The notes beneath the pieces were generated by a model. The model had not been told where the DNA came from. It was given only the letters and a program-made list of their open reading frames with translations, and made no database searches. A stretch of DNA of 63,568 bases, the filler included, from Lenisia limosa (Eukaryota; Protista; Breviatea): NCBI GenBank assembly GCA_001655205.1. It is 9 parts of 9 records of this genome, joined end to end, with 100 filler letters (N's around TTAATTAATTAA, not from the genome) between each part and the next. Parts side by side here need not be neighbours in the genome. Positions count along the whole stretch, not along the records: positions 3,363 to 15,483 come from LPNZ01011127.1; positions 15,584 to 16,820 come from LPNZ01008538.1; positions 16,921 to 29,662 come from LPNZ01008655.1; 6 more parts are not named here. One strand, given 5' to 3'. Each line of letters starts with the position of its first letter. Position 1 is the stretch's first letter. A program made the position numbers and the translations under genes. Positions 13,001-25,759 of the stretch are shown piece after piece.

Positions 13001-15433
13001 GGAGTGTCATTCTCACAAGAGGTATCTTTTGTCTTCAATTGTCAAAGAAGTGTAAACTGAACTTAGCCAGGATGGCTTCATGCGACAATATTCTACCAAT
13101 AATTTAACTTACCAATATAAAACTGTTTACCGACAGTGAATCTTATCAAACCCATTTTAGGTAGCCATGTTGAACTCTTAAGTTGCAATGGAAGATACAT
13201 GTGGGGAATAAACCCTGTTTGGTATGTGAGAAGATGTTTTCTTTCAAGTGGCTTGGTTTGAGACTCCTAATATGTACAGGAAGAACTCTTTTTGCTGTAA
13301 GCCCACTTTCTCAGCATCAAAAACCCTCTCCAATGTCATACAGAACGGTTACCTGCAGTTGACTCATGGTGGGAATATGACCACTTGAGCGACTTACATT
13401 TCAGTCGACGGTAGTATCGTAAAATACGACAGAGATAGTGTGAGTGGGTTGAAGCATGTTTGGATAGAGAGTTTTCATTAATCAAAATACAGGCTTACGT
13501 GTACCCTGGAGGAGCAACCCACGAGTATGCAGTTCCTTCGCACACTGGACAATTTGTACCTATCCCATGTAAGTCTGGTAATTGTTGATGGTTTACATCT
13601 AGTCGGAATGCAGCAAGCTTTGACTCCTGCTCTGTCAGTGGATGATCGAGCTGCTACCAACTCCAAAGTGTCGTCCCTTGGTTAGTAATGTGGACTAGTA
13701 GCAAGACAATAATATGTGCTATCTTTTGTAATTATTTGATACCTAGAAAGTATTAGCGACATTCCGTGGTCAAATCTCACAATTACCCCCCCGTATATTC
13801 CTGCCAATGTGTCAGCAACACTCAAGGTTTGCTGCTCAGTTCTTACCTTTTCGTTTTTTTAATTTATGCCCTAGGTTTATGGGCTTGTCAAGGAAGGCCG
13901 TGGAACTTACAATTACAATGCTTTTTGCAAGACTGAATCAGTAGGCTTTGTTTTCCCAAGTATTATAACTCTCATTTTGTTTTCTCTTCATTCACTTCAG
14001 ACCTATTTTGAATGTACGTTTTCTGAAGATGGCGCAGTTTTAGTACCTATTGCCCCTCGCGAGACTGATCTTGATCAGCTGAGTGTAAGCATCACAGGAT
14101 TTACATATATAGTACATATCAAATCCCTTATTCTTATAGATTCTTGCCTACCCGTATTCAACGTCTATGCCCGCCGGTAGTACAATCTCGGTCCGCTCTG
14201 TGGCGTCCCATGGCGAACCGGATATCCAAACCTTCTTCCCAGGTTCGATGAATAACCGCTGTTTACAGAAGAGAAATGATCAAGCTTACATTAAGGTTTA
14301 TTAACGATAATTGCTACCTATGAGTAACACCTCCATTTATGCAGTGTTCTTAGAATCCTCTAGGAACAGTCATCACATTAACGGGCGGTATATTCCCGGA
14401 GGGGGGTGACACTGCTGTTCTCATTTCAGAAGTTGCGGGAGAACCATTTTCCATTTACATTGCCACACAGTGGCATTCGGAGAACCAAGTGTCGTGTGTC
14501 ATTCCAAACTCCATTCCTTTGAGTGTTGTCAACCTTAAGGTGGGGGCATTCTGCCCAAACTGGGAGTACTGTTTTTTTTGCTAATTCTCCAGGTTGTTCC
14601 TATCAATGGCTCCCCTTCCGGTAACTTTTATTTATGATTTTTTTTGATACCCTAGGACTTGCATCAACCTACTCATGTATCATGAACCCTTCACCCTCTA
14701 TCTTTCTTCCGGTTCCCTTTTCAATCAAGAGCACTGAGCTTCCTGCTGTGGGTTGTTTGTACTTTATGCAAATGCCAATTTACGAGTAAACAAGTTTTTC
14801 AATCAGATGGAACTATTTCTCCTTTAATACTCTTTAGACAATTGATTTGAGAGGAGAGAACTTTGTTCTAACTTCAGCTATTCAATGCAAAGTATGTATA
14901 TTTTCCCCTCAATTCAGTAAACTTTGCATCATATTTGATTTTGTTGCCTGTATATCAAATTTTATGCCATTTGTGACATTCAGGCAAACGGCATTGACGT
15001 AGCCACAAGCTTTGTTTCGGCCTTCAGCGTATCATGTGTCTTAGATGACATGTTCGTAGCTGTATGTAAATCACCTGTTAATCCATAACAATACTGTAGT
15101 ACTCTTCTGTGGAGCTTTCGTTGACGCTTGACGGTCAGCAATGGACAACGTTGGACACAACTGTGGAAGTGACAAGGACCTATTTGTAGGCAATTCCAAG
15201 ATTTTCCTGCTTATTTCACCTCTTAGCATGCGATTTGATGGAGCAATCCCGACCTCAACAGACAACATCAACGCCTTAGCCCCGCCACCAAGGATACTCG
15301 TCAGTTTTGAACAAACCCATACCAAATTTACTCTCTGAACCCCACCATCATATTACAGGTAATCGATGACGTAACCAATTCCACGGCTGTCAGCTTCAAG
15401 GCCACCATCACTGCCGAAGTGTCAATAATATAA
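10060..15433 (+). CDS. Large multi-exon hypothetical protein, probably extracellular
   Basis: Dozens of 40-150 nt exons between GT-AG introns, e.g. IVTDAPSFVEGPWVKTILGY, NGDIFVMGYGHDRMTSDCLVG, GFKLASAYFEDIWTVDG, DLPDDDMLDTNRVLVAGTYDG, VIDDVTNSTAVSFKATITAE; Ser/Thr/Gly-rich; could be more than one gene. Confidence 0.6.
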
Positions 15434-15483
15434 TGTGAAGACCATACATACACCGAAGCCAACATATCAATACATACTGAATA

Positions 15484-15583
15484 NNNNNNNNNNNNNNNNN
15501 NNNNNNNNNNNNNNNNNNNNNNNNNNNTTAATTAATTAANNNNNNNNNNNNNNNNNNNNNNNNNNNNNNNNNNNNNNNNNNNN
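15484..15583. other. Artificial scaffold-joining spacer
   Basis: 44 N + TTAATTAATTAA + 44 N. Confidence 0.97.
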
Positions 15584-16676
15584 GAAAGTAAAATGTTGTT
15601 CTGGCAACATTTTCTTCTTCCAATACCATTGAATAAGGTCTAGCAGCATACCGAGTAAGATTCAGTATTATATACAGTGACCGGGATAAGTCTTGGCCGA
15701 TTTTCATTGGGAAATCACATAGCAAATCGGTCAAAACTGGTCCCGGTTACTATATTGTACTAACCAAGCAATGACCAACCAAAACAGGACGGTGGCGGTC
15801 GAAATGGCGCTTCATGTCCGAGAGGTGATGCTTCTCAATAGTCCGACTGTACACTCGCACCGCAACACTACAGGGAAGTAAATCAGGTAAAATAATAATT
15901 AGGGGGTCGCACAGCAAAACTGCAGAGGGTTGATAGAGGAAATAACAATGTATGGGATGGATGGATGAAAATGAGTTCATGTGAATGATAGAACTGGTGA
16001 GTGGGGGGGGGTTAATGGAATTAATAAGACTGGAATGAGGCAGGAGACGGGTTCAGTAAAGGAGAGATACCTCTGAAGGGGTTTACGTAGGGCTTCACTT
16101 CCGTTCAAAAAAGGACGGAATTTCACGATAATTCCTCGAAATAGTATCAATATTTTATCACTTTTTTTCATACCAAAGTGAAGCCCTAGGTTTGAGGGAT
16201 TAAAATAGAGAGATATAAAAACAATACATGGGGAGGGAGAGTTAAGTAAATCAGGACGGTTAGGGGGTTCATAAGAGTTAAATAATACTGAACAAACGTT
16301 TCAGGGGGAAGAGTGGACTTAAGACGCTTGGCTACAACATCCACAGCCTTGTTGCTAGTCGCAGTATATAGCACACTGAATGGTCAATAAGAGAGAGAAA
16401 AATGAAATAATATGATATGACATAATAATGTTCAACAAAAATTCCAAAAATTCTCAGCTATTTGAACAATTTAGTATTTCAGAATAGAATATATCAACAT
16501 AATAAATGATGACTAAGTGTCAAGCGTATTATACCACTACATCTCATGGAACAAGTCATACAACACCAACCTTATGTTTCTTCGTTTATTGGCAGATTCA
16601 TCAAGACTAATGACGGATGGGAAAGTTTCAAGGAGTCTCAGAGCAGCCTCACACCCGGTGGTGGTCTTACCAGTAC
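15584..16676 (-). CDS. Upf1-like superfamily 1 helicase, partial
   Basis: Exons encode Walker A (G)TGKTTTGCEAALRLL, motif Ia LYTATSNKAVDVVAKRL and VAVRVYSRTIEK, in the order typical of Upf1/SETX/ZNFX1/IGHMBP2-type helicases. Confidence 0.75.
15675..15752. mobile_element. Family B MITE (Tc1/mariner-like)
   Basis: TA|cagtgaccgggataagtcttggccgatt...aatcggtcaaaactggtcccggttacta|TA. Confidence 0.85.
16088..16188. mobile_element. Family A MITE (hAT-like)
   Basis: tagggcttcacttcc...aaagtgaagcccta; flanks ggtttacg/ggtttgag. Confidence 0.85.
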
Positions 16677-16820
16677 CTGTGGTGATTTAGTATCCGATTT
16701 GGCCCGGATATTTGTTTTTTGCGGAGCCATAATTACTTGTTATTACTTTTATCCTTTCTCTTTTCTTGTAATAAACGAAAAACGCCACAACTACAGACCT
16801 TAGGGACATATCTTTTCCAA

Positions 16821-16920
16821 NNNNNNNNNNNNNNNNNNNNNNNNNNNNNNNNNNNNNNNNNNNNTTAATTAATTAANNNNNNNNNNNNNNNNNNNNNNNN
16901 NNNNNNNNNNNNNNNNNNNN
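16821..16920. other. Artificial scaffold-joining spacer
   Basis: 44 N + TTAATTAATTAA + 44 N. Confidence 0.97.
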
Positions 16921-17850
16921 TCTCTCCTCCTCTGCTTTGATCCTTCTCTCCTCAGCCTCCTTCTCCCGCTGCTCCTCCTCGATGGACGACTTAGTCATCG
17001 CTATCAGCTTCTCATGTCGCCTCTTCTTCTCTTCTGCAGGAGTCAGAGCTGTTCAGTTCAATGCCATTGTAGTTGAACAATGTTCATGCATGAGCCAGTT
17101 TTAAAGTTATAGTTTAACAATGTTGCAAAGATATGTTTATATGATGTCCGGTACTACATGTATACAGTATATGACATGCCACATGCACTATACACACATT
17201 AAAACAAGATCAACTCTATCCATACCACATAACACCTTCCCCCCCCCCACCAAGCGCAGCAATCTTGTTCAGAAGAACGTTATGCCGCTTCTTCACGACT
17301 CCTGGTAGCTCAACATCGTAGTAGTTCAAAATGCAGGTCTTGACGTCGGTCTTCATCATATTGAAGATCGATTCTAAGGGGTGAGGCAATATTTATAAAA
17401 AAAGGAGTGTTATTAGCGCCATAATCAGATATGTACAGTAATTGTGGAAAGGTTGGTGGACATGCTGACTTTTGCAAGTGTTGACTGTCAGTTTACCTTC
17501 AGGAAAATCGGTCAAGATTCATCACTGCATATAATCATCAAGCTCACAATATTATACCTGTAGGTATGGATACTACAAGGGCTTCCCCACGGTCCCAAAA
17601 CAAAGACCGAATCTCTCGCTAAATCCTCGATAAATATCGATATTTTAACGGTCTTTTTTGGACTGTAGAGAAGTCCTAACTACTCACACCGCTACCATCA
17701 TCAAAATTCAATGTCAATATTAACTGAATACCACCACTACCACTCTAAACTCAAATTAGCACTGAACCCTCCTGACCTTTTTTATCGAGGTACTGCTGCG
17801 TTCCCCTCCAGGGTGTTGGGTCTTTAGGGGAAAGGTCAGTCTTTTTAGCT
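16921..17850 (-). CDS. Hypothetical protein with charged coiled-coil (partial)
   Basis: Exon-like frames LSPKDPTPWRGTQQYLDKK, MMKTDVKTCILNYYDVELPGVVKKRHNVLLNKIAAL, PAEEKKRRHEKLIAMTKSSIEEEQREKEAEERR. Confidence 0.45.
17577..17678. mobile_element. Family A MITE, variant subfamily A2
   Basis: aagggcttccccacggtcccaaaa...atatcgat...ttttggactgtagagaagtccta. Confidence 0.7.
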
Positions 17851-17965
17851 GCCATTGGTAAGTATCAAACACACAGTGGTGAATATCATACAGATGTTGG
17901 CAAATATCATAAAGACATTGGTGAATATCTAACAGTGTATGTTTGATTGCCATTGGTATGTCATA
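17851..17965. repeat. Degenerate ~21-bp tandem repeat
   Basis: Units such as attggtaagtatcaaacacac / agtggtgaatatcatacagat / gttggcaaatatcataaagac / attggtgaatatctaacagt. Confidence 0.6.
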
Positions 17966-17990
17966 CATACATATGCATATGATATGTAGA

Positions 17991-18082
17991 ATGAGGAATC
18001 CAAACTTGACAGTATCTGGCAGAAGCCGTCCACACCATCACTTCTAAGTATATTGCGATATTGTAAATATTAATGCACCCAG
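17991..18082 (+). repeat. Family C repeat (diverged)
   Basis: atgaggaat...atctggcagaagccgtccacaccatcac...aatattaatgcaccca. Confidence 0.75.
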
Positions 18083-18974
18083 TGCTGGGAGTTCTAAGTT
18101 ACCNNNNNNNNNNNNNNNNNNNNNNNNNNNNNNNNNNNNNNNNNNNNNNNNNNNNNNNNNNNNNNNNNNNNNNNNNNNNNNNNNNNNNNNNNNNNNNNNN
18201 NNNNNNNNNNNNNNNNNNNNNNNNNNNNNNNNNNNNNNNNNNNNNNNNNNNNNNNNNNNNNNNNNNNNNNNNNNNNNNNNNNNNNNNNNNNNNNNNNNNN
18301 NNNNNNNNNNNNNNNNNNNNNNNNNNNNNNNNNNNNNNNNNNNNNNNNNNNNNNNNNNNNNNNNNNNNNNNNNNNNNNNNNNNNNNNNNNNNNNNNNNNN
18401 NNNNNNNNNNNNNNNNNNNAAACGTCCTTACCTCAGTCACAATTCGTTCGGAGATTGATTCGGCTAAGATATGATCCTTGGTTTTGCAAGTGATATGCAT
18501 TGAATCATCCATATGATAGCCACCCAGAACTATTATACCTGTAAACACTTTTTTGTATTTGGTATGTCCGTTGAAATTCTAGGTTTTTAAGTTAATTTTG
18601 ATAATGATATCCTATATATCAACCCAAGATAGTATTTTGTGATTATTGTAACATGTATCCTGAGCTCACCAAACAGTCGATTTCGTCTCTTCAGCTCTCC
18701 TAAAGCAGTAAAAAGTGACCATATTTTGACCTTCTTCAGAATTGGTTTCTAAATGTACCTAGTATCCCTATGCAATATACAAAAACCTTGATGTTTTAAT
18801 AGATTAAAATATTTTCAAAAAATATAGTCTGTTTCGGTTAACCACAACTGAGTAAAGCAAAGTTAACACTATGAAAAAAAAAAAAAAAAAAAANNNNNNN
18901 NNNNNNNNNNNNNNNNNNNNNNNNNNNNNNNNNNNNNNNNNNNNNNNNNNNNNNNNNNNNNNNNNNNNNNNNNT

Positions 18975-19755
18975 TTCAAGGTTATTTCCTCCTCAACATC
19001 GGGCATCTCGAGGTTGTGCGTTTCGTGAACTGCCTAATATGGTAAGTGACAAAGCCGATTATTAAAGATAATGGGAAAGTAGAAATGGTAAAACTTCCCA
19101 ATAAAGATGTGCAGATCCATATTTACTCATTTACTGTTGGTTACCAAATATATCGTGCTCCAAAAAATTCTTTTTAATGGCAACATACCGCCTTTCGCAC
19201 AGCTGGTTCTTGCTCGGAGTGGTGTTGCTGATGTGAATAACGCTGATCCTGCTGCTGAATACTATGCCGGGGCTTTGAATCAAATTGGTGCTGATGTTGA
19301 TTTTGTGGGGGAGGCTGTCTGAATATACTGGGCATATCAGGAACAGCAGCCGGAATTGACTTTTGGACCTCCGTGCCGGGTTGATGATTCGGTATCGGCA
19401 GGTCCTGAGGGACCATATGGGGAGGCGGGTACTGCGACATCATTTGCATTTGTTGTATTTGCTGCATGTCAGGGCGGCTGCGAGGGTCGGGAAGCAGGCC
19501 AGCAATTGACGGGTTAAATGACGTCATGGGATTCATCATTTGGTTCATTGCTGCGGGTCCCTGCATAGGGTTGTTGAACGAAGGGAACCCGGGCATTTTA
19601 GCGTTAGGTATCGGGAATTGCGAAAATGGAATTGGTGGATCAATTGGCGCGTCAGGCGTAGTCGCGAAGGTGTTGGTGGGAATGGGGGCAGGGGATTCGT
19701 TGTATGGGTGGGGTAGGACTGTGTTTTGGATTCTTCGGGGTGATTCTGGGGACAT
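18975..19755 (-). CDS. Pro/Gln/Met-rich low-complexity protein (partial)
   Basis: 193-aa ORF 19174-19755 with coding-like composition, donor GTATGT after AVRKA; downstream exon candidate VHETHNLEMPDVEEEITLK. Confidence 0.55.
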
Positions 19756-20751
19756 GGCTTGGGGCTAAANNNNNNNNNNNNNNNNNNNNNNNNNNNNNNN
19801 NNNNNNNNNNNNNNNNNNNNNNNNNNNNNNNNNNNNNNNNNNNAAAAAAACAACAAAAAAAAAAAATCTCTGGTTGAGGCTAGAATGAGACTTGATTTGG
19901 CTGGTTTGTAGGGTAATAGAGAGTAGGTATAAATACAATTTTCAATAGTTGAAAAATCTTCCATGAGTTATTTCACAATACTAAACAAACGCACGATGGT
20001 AATTTGAAGGGTTCTCGTGCAAAAAAGCGGTTTTAATTTTCAAATTTGAAGAGATATACATAATTACACATATAATATGCACATTGTAAAGATAACTTTT
20101 TTTCATACTCTTCAATTTCACTTTGTTACAAATAATTTCCTCAAAACTTAATTGCATTGTAAAATATAAAAACCAACGCACCTTATTAGAGGACTCATTG
20201 GATACCTCCTTTGGACTCATGGCCAGGTTGGCTGATGTTGGGTCTGGAACTCCTGTTAAAATGAAAAAAAAATTTTAGAAAAATACTGGCACAAACAAAA
20301 AAAAACAACTCGATTGGAACTTTTGTGAAACACACGAGGGTGAAAACAGTAAAGCAAACACACGTCGCTTCCAGAAAAATGCAAAGCTTATGAATCTTCA
20401 TTATGAGCATATCAAGAAAGTTGAGAGTACAAACTGAACCGAAGAACCACAAGTAAAAATCGCTGCTACCAAATGAGCCCTGTTTTTGACAAGACAAATA
20501 AAAAACTGCATATCCCCGGACCGGATTGAGGCGGTTCGACTTCAGGCCCCAAGGGTGACACCATTGATACCGGCGGCGGGAGGAAAATGTTCTGATCATC
20601 CTGAGGAGAAGGTTGAAATGACGTTTTTGAATAGGGAACAAAAGTGTGAAACAAAACCCTGAACCAGTGATAAGGGGGGTAGGAGGAAGGCAAGAGGAAG
20701 AGAACAGAGGAAGCAAAAGAAAAATGTTTGCATAAAATTTTATGTTGTAAT

Positions 20752-20852
20752 TACGGGTTCACTTTGGTTCGAAAAAAGACTGAATTTCTCGATAAATCCT
20801 CGAAAACTATCGATATTTTACCTGTATTTTTTCGAACCGAAGGGAAGCCCTA
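20752..20852. mobile_element. Family A MITE
   Basis: TIRs; 8-bp TSD gttgtaat/gttgaaat. Confidence 0.9.
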
Positions 20853-20917
20853 GTTGAAATCATCCTTGGTATGCATATCATATGATGATGCACACACGAT
20901 ACGCAACATGTAATACA

Positions 20918-20995
20918 TAGTGTGACCAGAATAAGTCTTGACCAATTTGCGATGATTTCCCAATGAAAATCAGTCGAGGCTTATCCCGGTCACTG
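20918..20995. mobile_element. Family B MITE
   Basis: gtgaccagaataagtcttgaccaattt...ttatcccggtcactg|TA. Confidence 0.8.
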
Positions 20996-21224
20996 TATAT
21001 TGCTAAAAAGTCCCACAATAACTCGTAAGACCTTTGGGATACTAAAATAGATCACATTTTCAACTCCCCTNNNNNNNNNNNNNNNNNNNNNNNNNNNNNN
21101 NNNNNNNNNNNNNNNNNNNNNNNNNNNNNNNNNNNNNNNNNNNNNNNNNNNNNNNNNNNNNNNNNNNNNNNNNNNNNNNNNNNNNNNNNNNNNNNNNNNN
21201 NNNNNNNNNNNNNNNNNNNNNNTC

Positions 21225-22411
21225 CCCATCAGAAACCGCAGACGGCCCTGGCGGAAGAGTTACAGGGCTGGTGATGGCTGGCTGGGACGGAAGCGGATCA
21301 GGTCGCATCATTTGGGGGAGGACGGGGATTGGGAGAGGCGGGACTTGAATGACCTTGATATCCTTGAGCTCCTAGAGAGTGAAATATGTCAACCATATTA
21401 AAAGCTCCTATTTGATTGAATCAATCACTACTTGACAACGTCATTGTAACATGTAATGTATATTATACATAATTATATGTACATTACATATAATACATGT
21501 ATGTATGAAGAAAAGTATGTATATATTACATATATTATGTATATTATGAAATCATATTCTATCAGTCAAGACTTGAGTGCCACTATTGGTTCCGAAACAG
21601 ACTGGATTACCGATAAATGAATCCTCGATTCATATTTAACACAACTTTTGGAACAGAAAGTGAAGCTCTTGCCAAGACTTACCACTAGGGCTTCACTTCG
21701 GTTCTGAATAAACCTCAAAAACTACCGATAATTTACTGGTATTTTTTGAGCCGAAGTGAAGCCCTACTTATCACGATAATTGTCACGAAGACCAACACCC
21801 ACACTTACCCTTGGCGCCACATTAGCGATGGGAGGTTTACTTGGAACTTCAGCAGCAAATTTCCTTGGTGCCATAATTGCCTGTTTTGCAACAATTTCCG
21901 GTTTTGGCGCAACAATTTCCGATTTTGGAGCAACAATCTCCGGTTTTGGCGCAACACTTTCCGGTTTTGGAGCAACAATGCTTTCCTTCTGCTTCGAACT
22001 CACAACCTCCGTTTTGGGCCGAGGAGCGATTTCAGTCCTCGGCTTGTCGGAAGCTGGCTTCCGATCGGAATACGGCGACTTGCGTCGGTAGGGGCGGGGT
22101 GATGACGTCAGCCGATCACGTGATCTCGAGCGTTTCCGATCCCTCGGCGACCGGGAGCGATAGCGATGACGCGAATCTTGACTCGATCGATCTTTACGAT
22201 CATAGGATGACGAATAGCGGTCTCTCCTCCTGTGATCCGAGCGATCCGAGCGATCTGACCGCCGGTACTTGTCACTATCGCGGTCTCGGTAGTCGGAGCG
22301 CTTACTGGAAGACCTTCCCGATTCGAAAGGTGGCCTTTTATTCGTGGTGGACTCAGTTTCCATTTTGGAGCATGGTGGAGGGGATGGAGAGCCTTTTGGA
22401 AATTCTTCCAA
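21225..22411 (-). CDS. Arg/Ser/Asp-rich (RS-like) and Pro-rich protein
   Basis: 215-aa ORF with RS/RD dipeptides and (APKPEIV)n; donor GTAAGT after VAPR; next exon ELKDIKVIQVPPLPIPVLPQMMRPDP... Confidence 0.65.
21573..21669. mobile_element. Family A MITE, degraded
   Basis: ggttccgaaacagactgg...ggaacagaaagtgaagctct; adjacent to the 21686 copy. Confidence 0.55.
21686..21766. mobile_element. Family A MITE (81-bp deletion form)
   Basis: TIRs; TSD cttaccac/cttatcac. Confidence 0.9.
21885..21975 (-). repeat. Coding 21-bp tandem repeat (about 4 units, APKPEIV)
   Basis: tttccggttttggcgcaacaa-type units within the RS-rich ORF. Confidence 0.85.
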
Positions 22412-22522
22412 TTCGGCGTTCTAAAAACAACAGTGAGTAGTCTGGAGCATAACTGTCAAAAAGAGACGCCCAGTGAATGTCTGATTTCACATAATGCATA
22501 AAGTACTATGATTTATTGCAAT

Positions 22523-22627
22523 GACGTCCACCATCACGCTTACATATTGGATTATAGTATAATATTAATTCACCCAATCATTTGCCTTACAACTCTGTTC
22601 ACACAGCTTTCTGTGTGCCTCCCCAGC
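22523..22627 (+). repeat. Family C repeat (5'-truncated)
   Basis: Near-identical to 3398-3505, including the cacacag-cttt-ctgtgtg hairpin; followed by atagt. Confidence 0.85.
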
Positions 22628-22689
22628 ATAGTACAATTAGGTTCTATTATGCACACAATCCTTTCTCAATAAACACAAACAACCACCCC

Positions 22690-24810
22690 TCCAACAGTGG
22701 CCTTGTCACCGAAATGATTCCTCCAGGCTCCTTGCAGGTGCTGTGATGAAGACAAACTCGCATCCTGTTTTATGCTGGCTTCGGGAACCGGGCATTCTGG
22801 AACCAGGGCTGCATGGGGCGGCTGCGAGTCTTCTTCTGAGCTATCCGCCATGACGTCATCTTCGTCATCTACTAGTTAATGTCGGAATAGCGGAGTTTTG
22901 AGAATAACGGAGACAGATTGAGATACGAAATCAAACAAAGTGGTGGAGATAATGACAGGTCATAAATTAGTGAATATTCAAAATATAAATACACAGCAAA
23001 ATGAGGTGTGTTTTATTAAGCTGAAACAAAATTACCCTCTGCCCCTTATAACTCTCATTTGCGTGGAAATACAATAATAATAAGACATAGCAATGAGAAT
23101 AATAAAACGGTTGTATCTGGCCGAAGCTGTCAACACCATCATGCTTATTAGAGAAATTGGGTGATAATATTTTTACCCAATCACTTGCAACTCGGTGCTG
23201 ATTTTGGCCACCCCTACCAACCGGAAACGGCAAACGGTACGAACGGCTTTGAACTAGGTTCATCATCCACGGTCATAAAGGATCCCGGTCTGGGCTTGAC
23301 AAGGGGCTCCGGCTGTGGCAAGGTCTTGATCTCCATTTTAAATTTGGCTGCTTCTCTCTCCATCGCAGCTTGATGTTCGCGTTTTTCGCTGAGATATCTC
23401 TCCATCTGCTGCTTTTGCAGCTCCTCTTCTGCCTCCAGTTCCTTCTGCCTCTCCAGCAGCACCACCATTTCTCTTTCCTTTTCTTGCTTTTCCTTTTCTT
23501 TTCGTTCCTCTTCTGCCTTGGCTTTCTTCTCTTTGAAAATCCGCAATTTCTCCCTTCGTGCTCTTTCTTTTTCCTTCTTTTCAGCTTCTTCTTTTTGTAT
23601 CCTTTCCTTCTCCTTCTCTTCCTGTTCTTTCACCAGATTGCCTCTCTCTTCAATGCTCTTCAACTCTTCTTTTTCACGTCTTTCTTTGCTTTTTAAGAGC
23701 TTCTCTCGTCTTTCACGGTCTAACTTTTCCTTTTCCTTTCTCCTCCTATCTTCCTTTTCCCGTTCTTCCCGTCTCTTTTTTTCTTCCTTCGCTCGCTCTT
23801 CACTTTTCTTTCTTTCCTCTTCCCGTTTCCTCTGCTCTTCTCTCTCTTGATCTTCCCTTTCTTTCTCTTCCCTTTCTTTCAACCTCCTGGCATTTTCCTT
23901 CTGCAGCATCTCAATTTGCCTCTCAGCCTCTTCCTTTGCCTCTCGTTCTCTCTGTTCTTTCTCCACCATTTCCCTCAATTCTTTCTCTATTTCCCTTTCT
24001 TCGTTCTCCTTCTTCCGCTCCCGCTCACGCCTCAGCTTCTCATCCTTCTCTTTCCACTCTCTCAAGGCTCGCGCACGCTCCTCCTTCTCCCTCTGCATTT
24101 CGGCTTTCTGACGCGCCTCTCCCTCCTCCTTCTCCTTCTTAACTCTCTCTCTGTTGGCTTTTCGTGTGCGTGACTCCTCCGCTTCCTTCTCTTTCACCTT
24201 AAGAGCTTGCTCAGCGTTCTTCTCCCCATCAATATTGAGGCAAAGTTCCTCGTATTCCTTCTGCTTCCGCAGGCGCAACTCCTCATCTGCCTGGACTTTT
24301 TGGGCTTTGAGGGCTTTTTCCATCTTCTTCCGCTCTTTCTCCTTGATCTGAGCCTCGAGCTTCTCGCGTTGTAGCTCCTCGTTGCGAAGAGTGTCCTTTC
24401 GGAGTTGGTCCAAAGTAGCTGAGAGCTGCGGCTTGTTGTGTGTCGGAACGGATGGTGCCGACGGCTGTTGAAAGTCAGAGGTTTTTTGGGCTTCACTATG
24501 TGGTCTAAAAATAACAGACAGAAATCGATGTTTGAGGCTTTATCGACAAAATCTGTCTTTTATCGGGCTGAAGTGAAGACCTAGTTTTAGAGCTCAATGC
24601 AATTAATTACTGAGGGGAAAGACCAATATCAAACATAAGTGTCTGAAATGGTACAATATGTCTCAATTCTAAGTGGTTATGTATGACACGTATATGTAGT
24701 TGACTATTGCGACTTGAGACTCAATATAGATGTTTGGTTTCACCATCCTACCATATTACGCCGCTGAAAGCCTAAGTTGGACGGAAATATATCATCAACA
24801 GAGTCGTCTG
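22690..24810 (-). CDS. Long Glu/Lys/Arg-rich coiled-coil protein
   Basis: 399-aa ORF 23214-24413 (extends to acceptor near 24460); flanking exons DDSVDDIFPSNLGFQR (24750-24810) and DDEDDVMADSSEEDSQPP...FGDKAT (22690-22870). Confidence 0.75.
23090..23193 (+). repeat. Family C repeat, intronic
   Basis: gcaatgagaataataaaacggttgtatctggccgaagctgtcaacaccatcatgct...acccaatcacttgc. Confidence 0.8.
24486..24583. mobile_element. Family A MITE, diverged
   Basis: gggcttcact...aatcgat...gaagtgaagaccta. Confidence 0.75.
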
Positions 24811-25759
24811 GAGGGGGGGGGGGAGNNNNNNNNNNNNNNNNNNNNNNNNNNNNNNNNNNNNNNNNNNNNNNNNNNNNNNNNNNNNNNNNNNNNNNNNNNN
24901 NNNNNNNNNNNNNNNNNNNNNNNNNNNNNNNNNNNNNNNNNNNNNNNNNNNNNNNNNNNNNATGGAGATTCACATGATGTAAATAAAAAGATGAGCATAT
25001 AAATGCACTGTAAAAGATGATGTAAATGCTCAGATGTGATTCTGGATTGGCACTAACCAGTTTCGAAACTCTGAAGCGGATTGAAGCCCGCTGAACCTGA
25101 ATAAATTAGGGAATCATGGAAATGATGATCAAGACTGGGGCATTGGCAACCAATCTAGCTCAACATGAACTGAAATGTGGTAAAATAGTTGTATTTAGCA
25201 GGACCACTGGCCCCATAAATGCAGAAAATTGTACATTAAATCTAGGTCTGTATGTAAACTGCAGCTAATTCACAATGCTTATGAAGCTAAAGCAACTCCC
25301 TCCCCCCACTTCGTTTTCTTTGACTGTGCGGCGGTGGTGGCGGCGGATGCTGTGTTGGTGAGGTAAATACAAGCATTTCATCATGAAAAGCACGACGTTA
25401 AGCAACTAATGACAAGATAAAGAAGCTGTCAATAGCTGACTGTTCGAGGGAATAGGGGGGGGGGGNNNNNNNNNNNNNNNNNNNNNNNNNNNNNNNNNNN
25501 NNNNNNNNNNNNNNNNNNNNNNNNNNNNNNNNNNNNNNNNNNNNNNNNNNNNNNCAAATTCACATTAGTTAATATACGACCTCTAAGGATTGGGTATGTA
25601 CGCAATGAAAAAATATATATATATATCATATAAACAAAACAATTTGTTTCTATCAAAATTTCGCAAGAAATCATGATTTCTTTCTGAAAAATAATCGCAA
25701 ATTCACCCCTCCCCTCCCCCCCAATACTGGAGAGGCGTGTGAGGAAAAGTGGTTCTGAT

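Noticed and set aside
20560-20660. B-box-like KCSDHPEEK
   Set aside because: It lacks the remaining Cys/His ligands and a supportable exon chain.
23370-24351. Long plus-strand Phe/Leu/Ser-rich ORFs
   Set aside because: Antisense shadows of the purine-rich coiled-coil exon on the minus strand.
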